A DNA stretch of 64,000 nucleotides, taken from NCBI GenBank assembly GCA_039924845.1, contig JBDTAC010000068.1, forward strand, positions 925 through 64,924, given 5' to 3'. The notes beneath the pieces are model-generated. The model had not been told where the DNA came from. It saw only the letters and a list, made by a program, of their open reading frames with translations, and made no database searches. A program made the position numbers and the translations under genes. The DNA is from Bacteroidia bacterium. Its GTDB lineage: Bacteria > Bacteroidota > Bacteroidia > DATLTG01. Below, piece after piece: positions 10,954 to 20,439 of the stretch. Each line of letters starts with the position of its first letter. The first letter of the stretch is position 1.

Positions 10954-12480
10954 TTAATGTTTAAAATGCCTTGTTCCCGTCATCACCATCGTCATTTTAT
11001 TCGCATCGCAATAGGTAACAGAGTCTTTGTCTTTAATGGATCCTCCCGGCTGAATAACTGCGTTGATTCCCACTTTGTGTGCAATTTCTACGCAATCCGG
11101 AAATGGGAAAAATGCGTCCGATGCCATCACGGAACCTTCCAATGAAAAACCAAAACTGGTGGCTTTGTGAATGGCTTGTTGCAAGGCATCTACGCGAGAT
11201 GTTTGTCCTACACCGCTTGCTAAAAGTTTTTTATTTTTTACCAAAACGATGGTGTTTGATTTACTTTGTTTCACTACTTTATTTGCAAATTCAAGGTCGG
11301 TTAATTCGGCTTGTGTAGGACTTACAAGCGTTACCGTTCGCATGTCTGCGATGGTTTCTGTTTTTAAATCTTTGTCTTGTTCGATGACGCCGTTTAACAG
11401 TGTTCGAAAATTCTTTTTCGGAAGCGAAACTTTTTTCTGCTCTAAAATTATTCGATTCGGTTTTGTTTTTAAAATCTCGAAAGCCTTTTCTTCGTAGGCT
11501 GGCGCGATGATAACTTCAAAAAATAATTTATTTATTTCTTCGGCAGTAGCAACATCTAATGGTACGTTAGTAATTAAAATTCCACCGAAAGCACTTACTG
11601 GATCGCCTGCCAAAGCAGCTTTCCATGCAGTCAATAAATTTTTATCGGAAGCAATTCCGCAAGCATTGTTGTGTTTTAAAATCGCGAAAGTAGTATCGGT
11701 AAATTCTGCCATTAAATTTACGGCAGCATCTACATCCAATAAATTATTATAGGATAATTCTTTCCCGTTTTTCTGTGTAAAAATTTCGTCTAAGTTTCCG
11801 TAAAAAACACCCAATTGATGAGGATTTTCGCCGTAACGTAGCGTTTTAGAATTTAAAACACTTTGCTTGAAAAAATTATTTTTTTCAGAATTAAAGTAAT
11901 TAAAAATAGCGGTGTCGTAATGCGAAGAAACATTAAAAGCCTTTGTTGCCAATGCTTTTCGGTCATCTAACGAAGATTGCCCTTTTTGTTTTTCTAAAAT
12001 AGTTTCGAGCAAAAAAGAGTAATCATTCTTTGAAGAAGTAATCACTACATCTTTAAAGTTTTTGGCTGCGGCACGAATCAATGAAATACCGCCGATGTCA
12101 ATTTTTTCAATTACGTCGCTTTCCGAAGCGCCTAATTTTACAGTGTCTTCAAAAGGATATAAATCAACAATGACTAAATCAATTTCCGGAATTTGATATT
12201 CTTCCAATTGCATTAAATCGTCTTGTAATTCACGTCTGCCAAGGATTCCGCCAAAAATTTTTGGATGCAATGTTTTCACTCTTCCGCCAAGTATCGAAGG
12301 ATAAGATGTCAATTCCTCAACAGGAACAACGCTTACACCTAATTTTTCAATAAAAGTTTGTGTACCTCCTGTACTAAAAATTTTCACCCCAAGTGCTTGA
12401 AGTTGGCGAACAATTGGTTCTAAACCATCTTTAGAATACACTGAAATTAAGGCATTGTTTATTTTTTTCAAACTGCTCAT
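10954..12480 (-). CDS. purH: bifunctional AICAR formyltransferase / IMP cyclohydrolase PurH
   Basis: MGS-like N-terminus (ALISVYSKDGL) and AICARFT domain; C-terminal MTGTRHFKH. The track ORF starts at a TTG; first ATG chosen at 12480. Confidence 0.9.
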   Translation of the reverse strand: MSSLKKINNALISVYSKDGLEPIVRQLQALGVKIFSTGGTQTFIEKLGVSVVPVEELTSYPSILGGRVKTLHPKIFGGILGRRELQDDLMQLEEYQIPEIDLVIVDLYPFEDTVKLGASESDVIEKIDIGGISLIRAAAKNFKDVVITSSKNDYSFLLETILEKQKGQSSLDDRKALATKAFNVSSHYDTAIFNYFNSEKNNFFKQSVLNSKTLRYGENPHQLGVFYGNLDEIFTQKNGKELSYNNLLDVDAAVNLMAEFTDTTFAILKHNNACGIASDKNLLTAWKAALAGDPVSAFGGILITNVPLDVATAEEINKLFFEVIIAPAYEEKAFEILKTKPNRIILEQKKVSLPKKNFRTLLNGVIEQDKDLKTETIADMRTVTLVSPTQAELTDLEFANKVVKQSKSNTIVLVKNKKLLASGVGQTSRVDALQQAIHKATSFGFSLEGSVMASDAFFPFPDCVEIAHKVGINAVIQPGGSIKDKDSVTYCDANKMTMVMTGTRHFKH

Positions 12481-12636
12481 CCTCATTTTTATTAGCTGCA
12501 AAGGTAAGAAATATATATCCGCTATGTAAGTGATATTACCATTGTTAATAAAGATTTTTTTATTGTTGATAAGGCGGTTTTGGAGAGTGAAAAAAGGATG
12601 TTTGAAAAATTATTTTTTCGAGAGTGAAAAAACGGC

Positions 12637-13266
12637 TTAAAAATCTTCTTCGCAGCGGCAGTTTGGCGAAAAATAAATCAACGTATGCGGCAACATTTTT
12701 TTCAAGCGTTTTTGATTGATGTCGCTCACAATAATAACGCGTAAATCCAGCATTTTCAGTCTGCGCAGCTCTTTCATTTGATCCGGGAAAAAAGACAAAT
12801 TGTTATTCCATAAATCCAATATGCGCAAATTGGTAAGTTTCCCGATTTCTGCCGGCAAAGCGTAAAGTCCATTTTGATTGACGTTGAGCCAAAATAAATT
12901 TTTCAAATCGCCTATTTCTGGCGGCAGTGTATCAATATTATTACGCGCCAGTTGCAGTACTTGCAATTGTTTCAATTCCTTGATATCAGAAGGAATAACG
13001 GTAATTTTATTTTTACTTAAGTCGAGGTATTGTAAATTGTGCATCAAAAAAATTTCTTTCGGAAAGGCCTCCAAATGTTTTCTGCGCAACACCAATTTTC
13101 TAACTTCATCGGGATGTTTCATCGCTTCCGCGATACTGGTGCAGGCGTGCATTGTATCTAAGGAAAGCGAATCCAATAACTGCGCTTTTGCTTGTTTTTG
13201 AAAAGCCAAAAAAAGCAGCATCAAAAAAATAATTTTTTGAAAGGAAAAAATCTTTTTCGAATTCAA
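12637..13266 (-). CDS. secreted leucine-rich repeat (LRR) protein
   Basis: Signal peptide (LLFLAFQKQAKA) followed by about six 23-residue LxxLxLxxNxL repeats (LQYLDLSKNKITVIPSDIKELKQLQVLQLARNNIDTLPPEIGDLKNL...). Confidence 0.75.
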   Translation of the reverse strand: MNSKKIFSFQKIIFLMLLFLAFQKQAKAQLLDSLSLDTMHACTSIAEAMKHPDEVRKLVLRRKHLEAFPKEIFLMHNLQYLDLSKNKITVIPSDIKELKQLQVLQLARNNIDTLPPEIGDLKNLFWLNVNQNGLYALPAEIGKLTNLRILDLWNNNLSFFPDQMKELRRLKMLDLRVIIVSDINQKRLKKMLPHTLIYFSPNCRCEEDF

Positions 13267-13269
13267 AAT

Positions 13270-14199
13270 TTAGGAATTTAGAATTTTTAAACTATGTTCT
13301 TTGTCAAGCCCAATCTGCTTTATAAGCGAATCTAAATCTGAAAATTTTTTTTCGTCTCGCAAAAATTCTTTAAAATAAATCACCAACTCTTCTCCGTAAA
13401 TAGACGAATCAAAGTTAAAAATATTTACTTCAATTGTACGCGAAGTGCCTCCAACAGTTGGATTTTTGCCGATGCTCATCATGCCTTTGTACATCTTTTT
13501 TGCGTGCAATATTTCTACGGCGTAAATGCCGTCGGCAGGAATGAGCTTGTGTTTGTCGCTTATTTCGAGGTTTGCCGTGGGATAACCGAGCGTGCGCCCC
13601 AATTGTTTTCCTTGCACTACTTTACCAGTGATAAAATACGGAAAACCTAAGTATTCATTGGCTTTTCGGATGTCGCCCTTTTGCAAAGCTTTGCGAATTT
13701 TTGTAGAACTCACCTCACTATTTTCGACGTCTTTCGCTGGAATTTCTTCCACATCAAAACCGTACAAAGGACCAAATTCTTTTAAATGCTCAAAACTGCC
13801 TTCGCGGTTTCTGCCGAAATGATGGTTATAACCAATCACCAATTTTTTGGTGTGAATTCCATCCACCAAAATACTGCGCACAAAATCGATGGAAGAAAGT
13901 CGTGAAAACTCTTTGGTAAAAGGCAAGACAATTAAATTATCAATACCTGCTTTTTCGAGTAACTGAATTTTTTCGTCTTGCGTCAGCAATAATTTTAAGT
14001 CGTTATCGTCCGGAAAAAGCACCATCCGCGGATGCGGGAAAAAAGTAAGTAAAACGGTTTCGCCTTTTTCTTTTGTAGCGATTTCTTTTAAACGATTAAT
14101 TATTTTGAGATGTCCCAAATGCACGCCATCAAAGGTCCCGGTGGTTACTACAGGAACGATAATTATAGGAAAATCGGCAATGCTGGTAAAAATCTTCAT
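13270..14199 (-). CDS. ribF: bifunctional riboflavin kinase / FMN adenylyltransferase RibF
   Basis: 309 aa. N-terminal nucleotidyltransferase motif GTFDGVHLGH; C-terminal riboflavin kinase domain (GRTLGYPTANL). Confidence 0.9.
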   Translation of the reverse strand: MKIFTSIADFPIIIVPVVTTGTFDGVHLGHLKIINRLKEIATKEKGETVLLTFFPHPRMVLFPDDNDLKLLLTQDEKIQLLEKAGIDNLIVLPFTKEFSRLSSIDFVRSILVDGIHTKKLVIGYNHHFGRNREGSFEHLKEFGPLYGFDVEEIPAKDVENSEVSSTKIRKALQKGDIRKANEYLGFPYFITGKVVQGKQLGRTLGYPTANLEISDKHKLIPADGIYAVEILHAKKMYKGMMSIGKNPTVGGTSRTIEVNIFNFDSSIYGEELVIYFKEFLRDEKKFSDLDSLIKQIGLDKEHSLKILNS

Positions 14200-14382
14200 T
14201 CAAAAAAATAATTTTTGAAACGTTTAAAAAACGCGACAAAAATAGGAAAATTAAGAGGACTTTTAACCAAAAGAAAAATTGAAAACGGATAATTTTAAAG
14301 CTGAAAAAAGAGGTTCAAAAAAATAATTTTTCGAAGCTCTTTTTTTTGACTTCGCGAAAAACAAATTTTATATCTTTGCGCC

Positions 14383-15472
14383 ATGATAACAGCCGAACAA
14401 CTTAAAGACTTGAAAGAGCGCACCGAAGCGTTGAGGAGGCATCTTTGACCTCGATCATAAGTTAAAACAAATAGCCGAAGAAGAAGAAAAAAGTTTAGCT
14501 CCCGATTTTTGGAATGATCCCAAAAAAGCGGAGGAATTGTTGCGTCAAATAAAATCAAAAAAAATGTGGACCAATGCTTTCGATGATTTACAGCGAAGTA
14601 TGGACGATGCATTGTTGATTTTTGATTTCCAAAAACAAGGCGAAGCCACCGAATTGGAAGTGGACGAAACAGTAAAACTCGCCACGCAAAAACTCGAAGA
14701 ATTAGAATTTAAAAATATGCTCAGCGGCAAGGAAGATGTGCTGAGCGCTGTGGTACAAATCAATTCTGGCGCGGGCGGCACGGAAAGTTGCGATTGGGCA
14801 GCGATGTTGATGCGGATGTATATGATGTGGGCGGATAAAAATGGATTTACTATAAAAGAAACCGATCGTCAAGATGGCGATGTGGCGGGAATTAAATCGG
14901 TTACGTTGCAAATTGAAGGCGATTATGCTTTCGGATATTTGAAAGGCGAAAACGGCGTACACCGCTTGGTGCGCATTTCTCCGTTTGATGCCAATGCCAA
15001 ACGACATACTTCTTTTGCGTCTGTTTACGCGTATCCGCTGATTGATGACACGATTGAAATTGACATCAATCCATCTGAAATTGAATTTGAAACATTTCGT
15101 TCGGGAGGAGCTGGCGGACAAAATGTAAACAAGGTAGAAACAGCAGTACGACTGTATCACAAGCCAACAGGAATTGTAATTAAAAATCAAGAATCGCGTT
15201 CGCAATTGCAAAATAAAGAGAATGCGATTAAGCTTTTAAAATCACAATTATTTGAGATGGAAATGCGTAAAAAGCGCGAAGCCATTAATATTATTGAAGG
15301 TTCGAAGAAAAAGATAGAGTGGGGTTCGCAAATCCGAAATTATGTGTTGCATCCGTATAAATTAATTAAAGATGTGCGTACAGAATACGAAACATCCAAC
15401 GTGCAAGCCGTATTGGATGGAGATTTGAACGAATTTATAAAACGATTTTTAATGGAATTTGGTAATTCGTAA
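14383..15472 (+). CDS. prfB: peptide chain release factor 2, translated via programmed +1 ribosomal frameshift
   Basis: Frame 0 runs ATG 14383 ... GAGGAGG CAT CTT TGA (stop 14446-14448). A +1 shift at CTT-TGA-C (14443-14449) joins the 311-aa ORF 14537-15472, which carries GGQ ([17 protein letters not shown]) and SPF (RISPFD) motifs. This is the canonical RF2 autoregulatory site, with an SD-like stimulator 3 nt upstream. Confidence 0.9.
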
Positions 15473-15522
15473 AAAGTGATTAGGTGATTAAGTGATGAGG
15501 TAATTAAGAAGAGAGGAAAAAA

Positions 15523-15894
15523 ATGATTGAGCGTCCGCATAAAAAATTAATTGTTTGGCAAAATGCAATTGAATTTGTGAAGCGTATTTATGTACTTACA
15601 AATAAATTTCCAGAGGGAGGAAAATTCGGATTGATTTCTCAATTGCGAAGAACCGCAGTTTCTGTTCCAACAAATATTTCGGAAGATGCTGCTCGAAATA
15701 CTAAAAAAGAGTTTATTCAATTCTTGTACATTGCTTCCGGTTCTCTGAGTGAAGTAGATACATTACTTACTATTTCTAATGAAATTAACTATATTAATCT
15801 AACAGAATATAATTCCGTAAATGAAATGATGGGAAAAATAAGTGCATTACTCAACAGATTAATTAAAAAATTAAAAGAAGATTTAAAAACCTAA
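15523..15894 (+). CDS. four-helix-bundle protein (TIGR02436; 23S rRNA intervening-sequence protein family)
   Basis: 123 aa. Family signature WQNAIEFVKRIY...FPEGGKFGLISQLRRTAVSVPTNISEDAAR...EFIQFLYIASGSLSEVDTLL. Flanked by inverted repeats (see findings). Confidence 0.8.
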   Translation: MIERPHKKLIVWQNAIEFVKRIYVLTNKFPEGGKFGLISQLRRTAVSVPTNISEDAARNTKKEFIQFLYIASGSLSEVDTLLTISNEINYINLTEYNSVNEMMGKISALLNRLIKKLKEDLKT

Positions 15895-15958
15895 TCACTT
15901 TATCTCTTAGTTTCTTAATCATTTAATTACCTCATTACATAATCACTAATAAAAAAAG

Positions 15959-16300
15959 ATGATAAAAATATATCACAACAACCGATGTTCTAAAAGCCGC
16001 GAAGCGTGCGGCATTTTAACAGACAAAAAAATAATTTTCGAAACGGTAGACTATTTGAAAAATCCACCATCTGAAAATGAATTGAAAAAATTGGTAAAAT
16101 TGCTCGGCATAAAAGCTGAAAATTTAGTGCGAAAAAATGAAATGTTATTCAAAGAAAAATTTTCGAAAAAAAATTTCTCGGAAGACGAATGGATAAAAAT
16201 ATTGGTGGAGAATCCGATATTGATTGAGCGTCCGATTATAGTAAATGGAAATAAAGCGGTGATTGGTCGTCCGCCTGAAAAGGTGTTAGAAATAATTTAA
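15959..16300 (+). CDS. ArsC/Spx-family protein (YffB-like thioredoxin-fold reductase)
   Basis: 113 aa; N-terminal IKIYHNNRCSKSREA with the catalytic Cys in its typical ArsC-family position. Confidence 0.8.
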   Translation: MIKIYHNNRCSKSREACGILTDKKIIFETVDYLKNPPSENELKKLVKLLGIKAENLVRKNEMLFKEKFSKKNFSEDEWIKILVENPILIERPIIVNGNKAVIGRPPEKVLEII

Positions 16301-16358
16301 CGTTCAAAAAAATAATTTTTCAAACCTAAAAATACACGAATAAAAAAACCTAAAAATC

Positions 16359-17750
16359 ATGAATTTCAGAATCGAAAAAGACACGATGGGCGAGGTAAAA
16401 GTACCTGTCGAAAAATATTGGGGCGCGCAAACACAACGTTCCAAAGACAATTTTAAAATTGGCGGACAACACATGCCGGAAGAAATTATCAAGGCATTTG
16501 CCATTTTGAAAAAAGCGGCAGCCATTGCTAATTGCGAATTAGGCGTGCTTCCGAAAGATAAATCCGACATCATCGGAAAAGTATGCGATGAAATTTTAGA
16601 AGGAAAATTAGACGACCAATTTCCTTTGGTAGTTTGGCAAACAGGTTCTGGAACGCAATCGAATATGAACGTGAACGAAGTGGTTGCCAATCGTGCGCAC
16701 GTGTTAATGGGCGGAAAGTTAATGGACGAAAAAAAATCCATTCATCCGAACGATGACGTGAATAAATCACAATCGTCTAACGATACATTTCCCACTGCCA
16801 TGCATATTGCAGCGTATAAATTAATTATCAAAAATACAATTCCAAATATGGAATTATTAAAAAATACATTCGATAAAAAAGCAAAAGACTTCAAAAGCAT
16901 TGTGAAAATAGGTCGTACGCATTGGATGGATGCAACGCCATTAACGCTTGGGCAAGAATTTTCGGGTTACGTTTCTCAATTAGAACACGGAATAATAGCG
17001 CTGAAAAACACATTGAAACACTTGTCGGAATTGGCTTTGGGCGGTTCTGCGGTTGGTACCGGGTTAAATACTCCGAAAGGTTACGATGTGTTGGTGGCGA
17101 AAAAAATTGCGGAACTTTCTGGACTACCTTTTATTACCGCCGAAAATAAATTTGAATCGCTTGCCGCACACGATGCGATTGTGGAAACTTCGGGTGCGTT
17201 GAAAATGATTGCGGTGAGTTTGATGAAAATTGCGAATGACATTCGTTTGTTGGCTTCTGGTCCACGTTGTGGAATTGGTGAAATTTCAATTCCTGAAAAT
17301 GAACCAGGTTCTTCCATTATGCCAGGAAAAGTAAATCCGACACAATGTGAAGCGATGACAATGGTATGTGCGCAAGTTATTGGGAATGACGTTGCGATTT
17401 CGGTGGGCGGGATGAACGGACAATTTGAATTGAATGTTTTTAAACCCGTTATGATTTTTAATTTGTTGATGTCGGCGCGATTAATTGGCGATGCTTGCAA
17501 CTCTTTTAACGAGCATTGCGCTTTGGGTATTGAACCGAATCACGAAAAGATACAACATAATTTAGAAAACTCCCTGATGTTGGTTACCGCGCTCAATACG
17601 CATATCGGCTATGAAAATGCAGCAAAAATTGCAAAAAAAGCACACAAAGAAGGATTAACGCTTCGCAAAGCAGCAATAGATTTAGGTTTATTAACCGATC
17701 AGCAATTTACCGATTGGGTAAAACCGGAGAAAATGATTGGATCCTTATAA
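16359..17750 (+). CDS. fumC: class II fumarate hydratase
   Basis: 463 aa; fumarase/aspartase signature [20 protein letters not shown]; N-terminal [14 protein letters not shown]. Confidence 0.95.
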   Translation: MNFRIEKDTMGEVKVPVEKYWGAQTQRSKDNFKIGGQHMPEEIIKAFAILKKAAAIANCELGVLPKDKSDIIGKVCDEILEGKLDDQFPLVVWQTGSGTQSNMNVNEVVANRAHVLMGGKLMDEKKSIHPNDDVNKSQSSNDTFPTAMHIAAYKLIIKNTIPNMELLKNTFDKKAKDFKSIVKIGRTHWMDATPLTLGQEFSGYVSQLEHGIIALKNTLKHLSELALGGSAVGTGLNTPKGYDVLVAKKIAELSGLPFITAENKFESLAAHDAIVETSGALKMIAVSLMKIANDIRLLASGPRCGIGEISIPENEPGSSIMPGKVNPTQCEAMTMVCAQVIGNDVAISVGGMNGQFELNVFKPVMIFNLLMSARLIGDACNSFNEHCALGIEPNHEKIQHNLENSLMLVTALNTHIGYENAAKIAKKAHKEGLTLRKAAIDLGLLTDQQFTDWVKPEKMIGSL

Positions 17751-18205
17751 ATTAAGAATTAAAAATTCAGAATGGAGAATTGATTTGGAAATTTGCTAAT
17801 TTGAAAATGTGAATGTCATTCTGAACGGAGTGAAGAATCTTTCCGAAGACAAAAGTTTTTACCGTTTTGAAAAATTATTTTTTTGAGGGGCAGAATATTT
17901 TCTATCCTTATCTATTTGCAAATTCGTTTAAAATCAATTCATATTCTTCAAAGCGATGTTTACGAATCGGCCTTATTTTTGGCTCGGTAGAAAAATATAA
18001 AAGTAAGCAAGGTTTTATTGATTTATAATTCTCCACGTATTCGTACCTTACTAACTCCTTATTTTTAATTCGTTGCTTTATTTTGTTGTGATAAGGATAC
18101 ATTTTATTTACACGATTTTTTTGATTTTACATTGAGTGTATTAAAGGATTTATCCCGTGCTTATTTTTTCATTTTCGTGCTTTTTCATTTTGAAAAATTA
18201 TTTTT

Positions 18206-18943
18206 TCAAAACGTATTTTTTACTTTCAGAATAATTTTATTATTTGTGAGGCTGTACTCAAAATGCGTATTTTCGAGTGTTTTTGTTGAATCGTCTAAAT
18301 TATATTCTTCCGATTTTTTATCCAACACTAATTTTCCATCTCGATTTAAAATTCCCGACAAAATAAATTGATAGGAATTTGGAGTATCTATCCAAAAAGA
18401 AATTTGTCCCAAACAAAATGTTTCTCCCAACTTATTTTCATTTAATTCTGTAAAATTAATACTCGTTGTATGCCACCAAGGGTCTGCTTCGTAGCTGGAA
18501 TAAGAAATTGCCCAAATCAATAACGACAAATGATGATTCAAATTTATTTTCTGCAAACCGTACGCATTGGCGTTTTTCGTCATTCCAATGTCTAATTTCT
18601 CCGCCCATTTCGAAAAACCATGCGCTGCTTTTACCGAATCTATTTTATAAAAATCGCTCAACCGATCTTCATCGTTCATAACAAGACTGTCGTCCAACCA
18701 TTTTGTGGTTAATAATCTTATTTCATTTGCACCCAAAGAATCTTTCGTACTAAAATTAGTCATATAAGTAGAATCAATCCTTACAGGAAATGAATTTGTA
18801 TTTTTAAAATGAAGCAACAACGACTGGAGATTTGGATTTAAAAGCGTTTTATCTGCATTTTTATTTTGAGGATTTCCGAAATAAAAAGCGATTAGTAATA
18901 CCATTAAAATGAATCCCGATTTAAACAGAAAAGAAATTCGCAT
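18206..18943 (-). CDS. hypothetical secreted protein
   Basis: 245-aa ORF with an N-terminal signal-like hydrophobic segment (MRISFLFKSGFILMVLLIAFYFG); no recognisable family. Confidence 0.45.
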   Translation of the reverse strand: MRISFLFKSGFILMVLLIAFYFGNPQNKNADKTLLNPNLQSLLLHFKNTNSFPVRIDSTYMTNFSTKDSLGANEIRLLTTKWLDDSLVMNDEDRLSDFYKIDSVKAAHGFSKWAEKLDIGMTKNANAYGLQKINLNHHLSLLIWAISYSSYEADPWWHTTSINFTELNENKLGETFCLGQISFWIDTPNSYQFILSGILNRDGKLVLDKKSEEYNLDDSTKTLENTHFEYSLTNNKIILKVKNTF

Positions 18944-19120
18944 CGTTGTTTATATTTTGAAAATTATTTTTTGGAACGCTCCTTTTCAAAAATAGTACTA
19001 AAACCAAAGATGCCATTTTTTTGTCTTCGAAAAATTAATTTTTCGAAATACCATTTTTCGTTATTATTCAAAATTACAATTTCCGAAAAAAGAGTATTTT
19101 TGAGGAAATAAATTTTCTCA

Positions 19121-20350
19121 ATGAAAAACATTTTACTCAGTTCGTTATTTTTAATAAGCGCTCTATCCGTTGAAGCAGGCGGATTCCAGGTAAATCTGCA
19201 AGGACAAAAACAAATCGGAATGGGACATACCGGCACGGGTTTGTTGCTCGATGGCGCCTGCATTTTGTTTAATCCTGGCGCTTTGTGTTTTATGGATACG
19301 AATGCAGTAAATGTTTCTGGAAATTTTATTTTTCCGAGAACCGAATATTTAGCTCCTTCGCCCGATACGTACAACGTAGGAACGACACCAGGAGTGGATA
19401 CTCCGTTTAATTTATACGCTAATTTTAAATTCAAAAAAACAGCCAAATGGAATGTGGGATTGGGCGTTTATACGCCTTTTGGCAGTCGCGTAGAATATCC
19501 AAGCAATTGGAAAGGAGAATTTTTACTTCAAAATATTGATTTGAAAACCATTTTTATCCAACCAACTTTCTCTTACCAACTCACCCCGCAATTGGGAATT
19601 GGTTTGGGTGCGGTAATTGGTATCGGATCTTTTCAATTACAGCGCGCCATTCCTGTTCAAAATACCAACGGGACTTACGGAGAAGCCAATTTGAAAGGTA
19701 GCGCAAATGGTTACGGATTCAACGCAGGCATTTACTATAAGCCCACTGAAAAATTTTCTGTCGGATTGGATTTTCGCTCCGATGTGCCTGTCAATATTAC
19801 CAACGGAACGGCTAATTTTACGGTTCCTGCATCCTTGAGTAGTTATTTTCCAACCACTACTTTTACAAGTAAAATTGTAATGCCTTTTGAAGCCAGTATT
19901 GGTTTTGGCTACGTTGTTAATCCGAAATTAAAATTGGCTTTTGATGTAAATTATGTGGGCTGGAATTCCTACGATACGCTGGCTTTCACTTTTAAAACAA
20001 CTACCGCACAACTTCAAAATATTCATTCGCCGAGAGATTATAAAAATGCTTTTATTTTTCGTGTAGGTGCACAATATCAGTTGAGTGAAAAAATAATTTT
20101 ACGAGCGGGAGTGTATTATGATTTGAGTCCAGTGCCCAACGGCTATTTAACACCGGAAACGCCCGATGCCAATAAAATTGGCTTAAGTGCAGGAATGACT
20201 TGGAAAGCATCTAAAAAAATAAATGTGGATTTGTCTTTTTTGTATGATGATGTGGCTACACGCACAGATACCAACATCGAAACACAATTTAGCGGAACGT
20301 ATAAAACGAAAGCTATTATTCCGGGTATCGGCGTAGAATATGTTTTTTAA
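19121..20350 (+). CDS. outer-membrane transport protein, OMPP1/FadL/TodX family
   Basis: Signal peptide; FadL-family N-terminus (GGFQVNLQGQKQIGMGHTGTG); beta-barrel alternating pattern with a C-terminal aromatic residue (GVEYVF). Confidence 0.85.
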   Translation: MKNILLSSLFLISALSVEAGGFQVNLQGQKQIGMGHTGTGLLLDGACILFNPGALCFMDTNAVNVSGNFIFPRTEYLAPSPDTYNVGTTPGVDTPFNLYANFKFKKTAKWNVGLGVYTPFGSRVEYPSNWKGEFLLQNIDLKTIFIQPTFSYQLTPQLGIGLGAVIGIGSFQLQRAIPVQNTNGTYGEANLKGSANGYGFNAGIYYKPTEKFSVGLDFRSDVPVNITNGTANFTVPASLSSYFPTTTFTSKIVMPFEASIGFGYVVNPKLKLAFDVNYVGWNSYDTLAFTFKTTTAQLQNIHSPRDYKNAFIFRVGAQYQLSEKIILRAGVYYDLSPVPNGYLTPETPDANKIGLSAGMTWKASKKINVDLSFLYDDVATRTDTNIETQFSGTYKTKAIIPGIGVEYVF

Positions 20351-20439
20351 AAAATATAAACTACTTTTACAGAAGTATTAAAAAATACCACTCAAAAAAA
20401 TAATTTTTCAACCCTCAATAAACCTTAAAAAAATTCACT

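Noticed and set aside
14360-14382. Possible Bacteroidota -7 promoter element (TATATCTTTG) 6 nt upstream of the prfB ATG
   Set aside because: Matches TAnnTTTG, but the spacing would give an essentially leaderless transcript and similar AT-rich words are everywhere. Not reportable without transcript-start data.
14295-14612. Minus-strand ORF overlapping the prfB frameshift region, and the apparent 'truncated' prfB starting at 14537
   Set aside because: The region is explained by the programmed +1 frameshift of prfB. The opposite-strand ORF is spurious.
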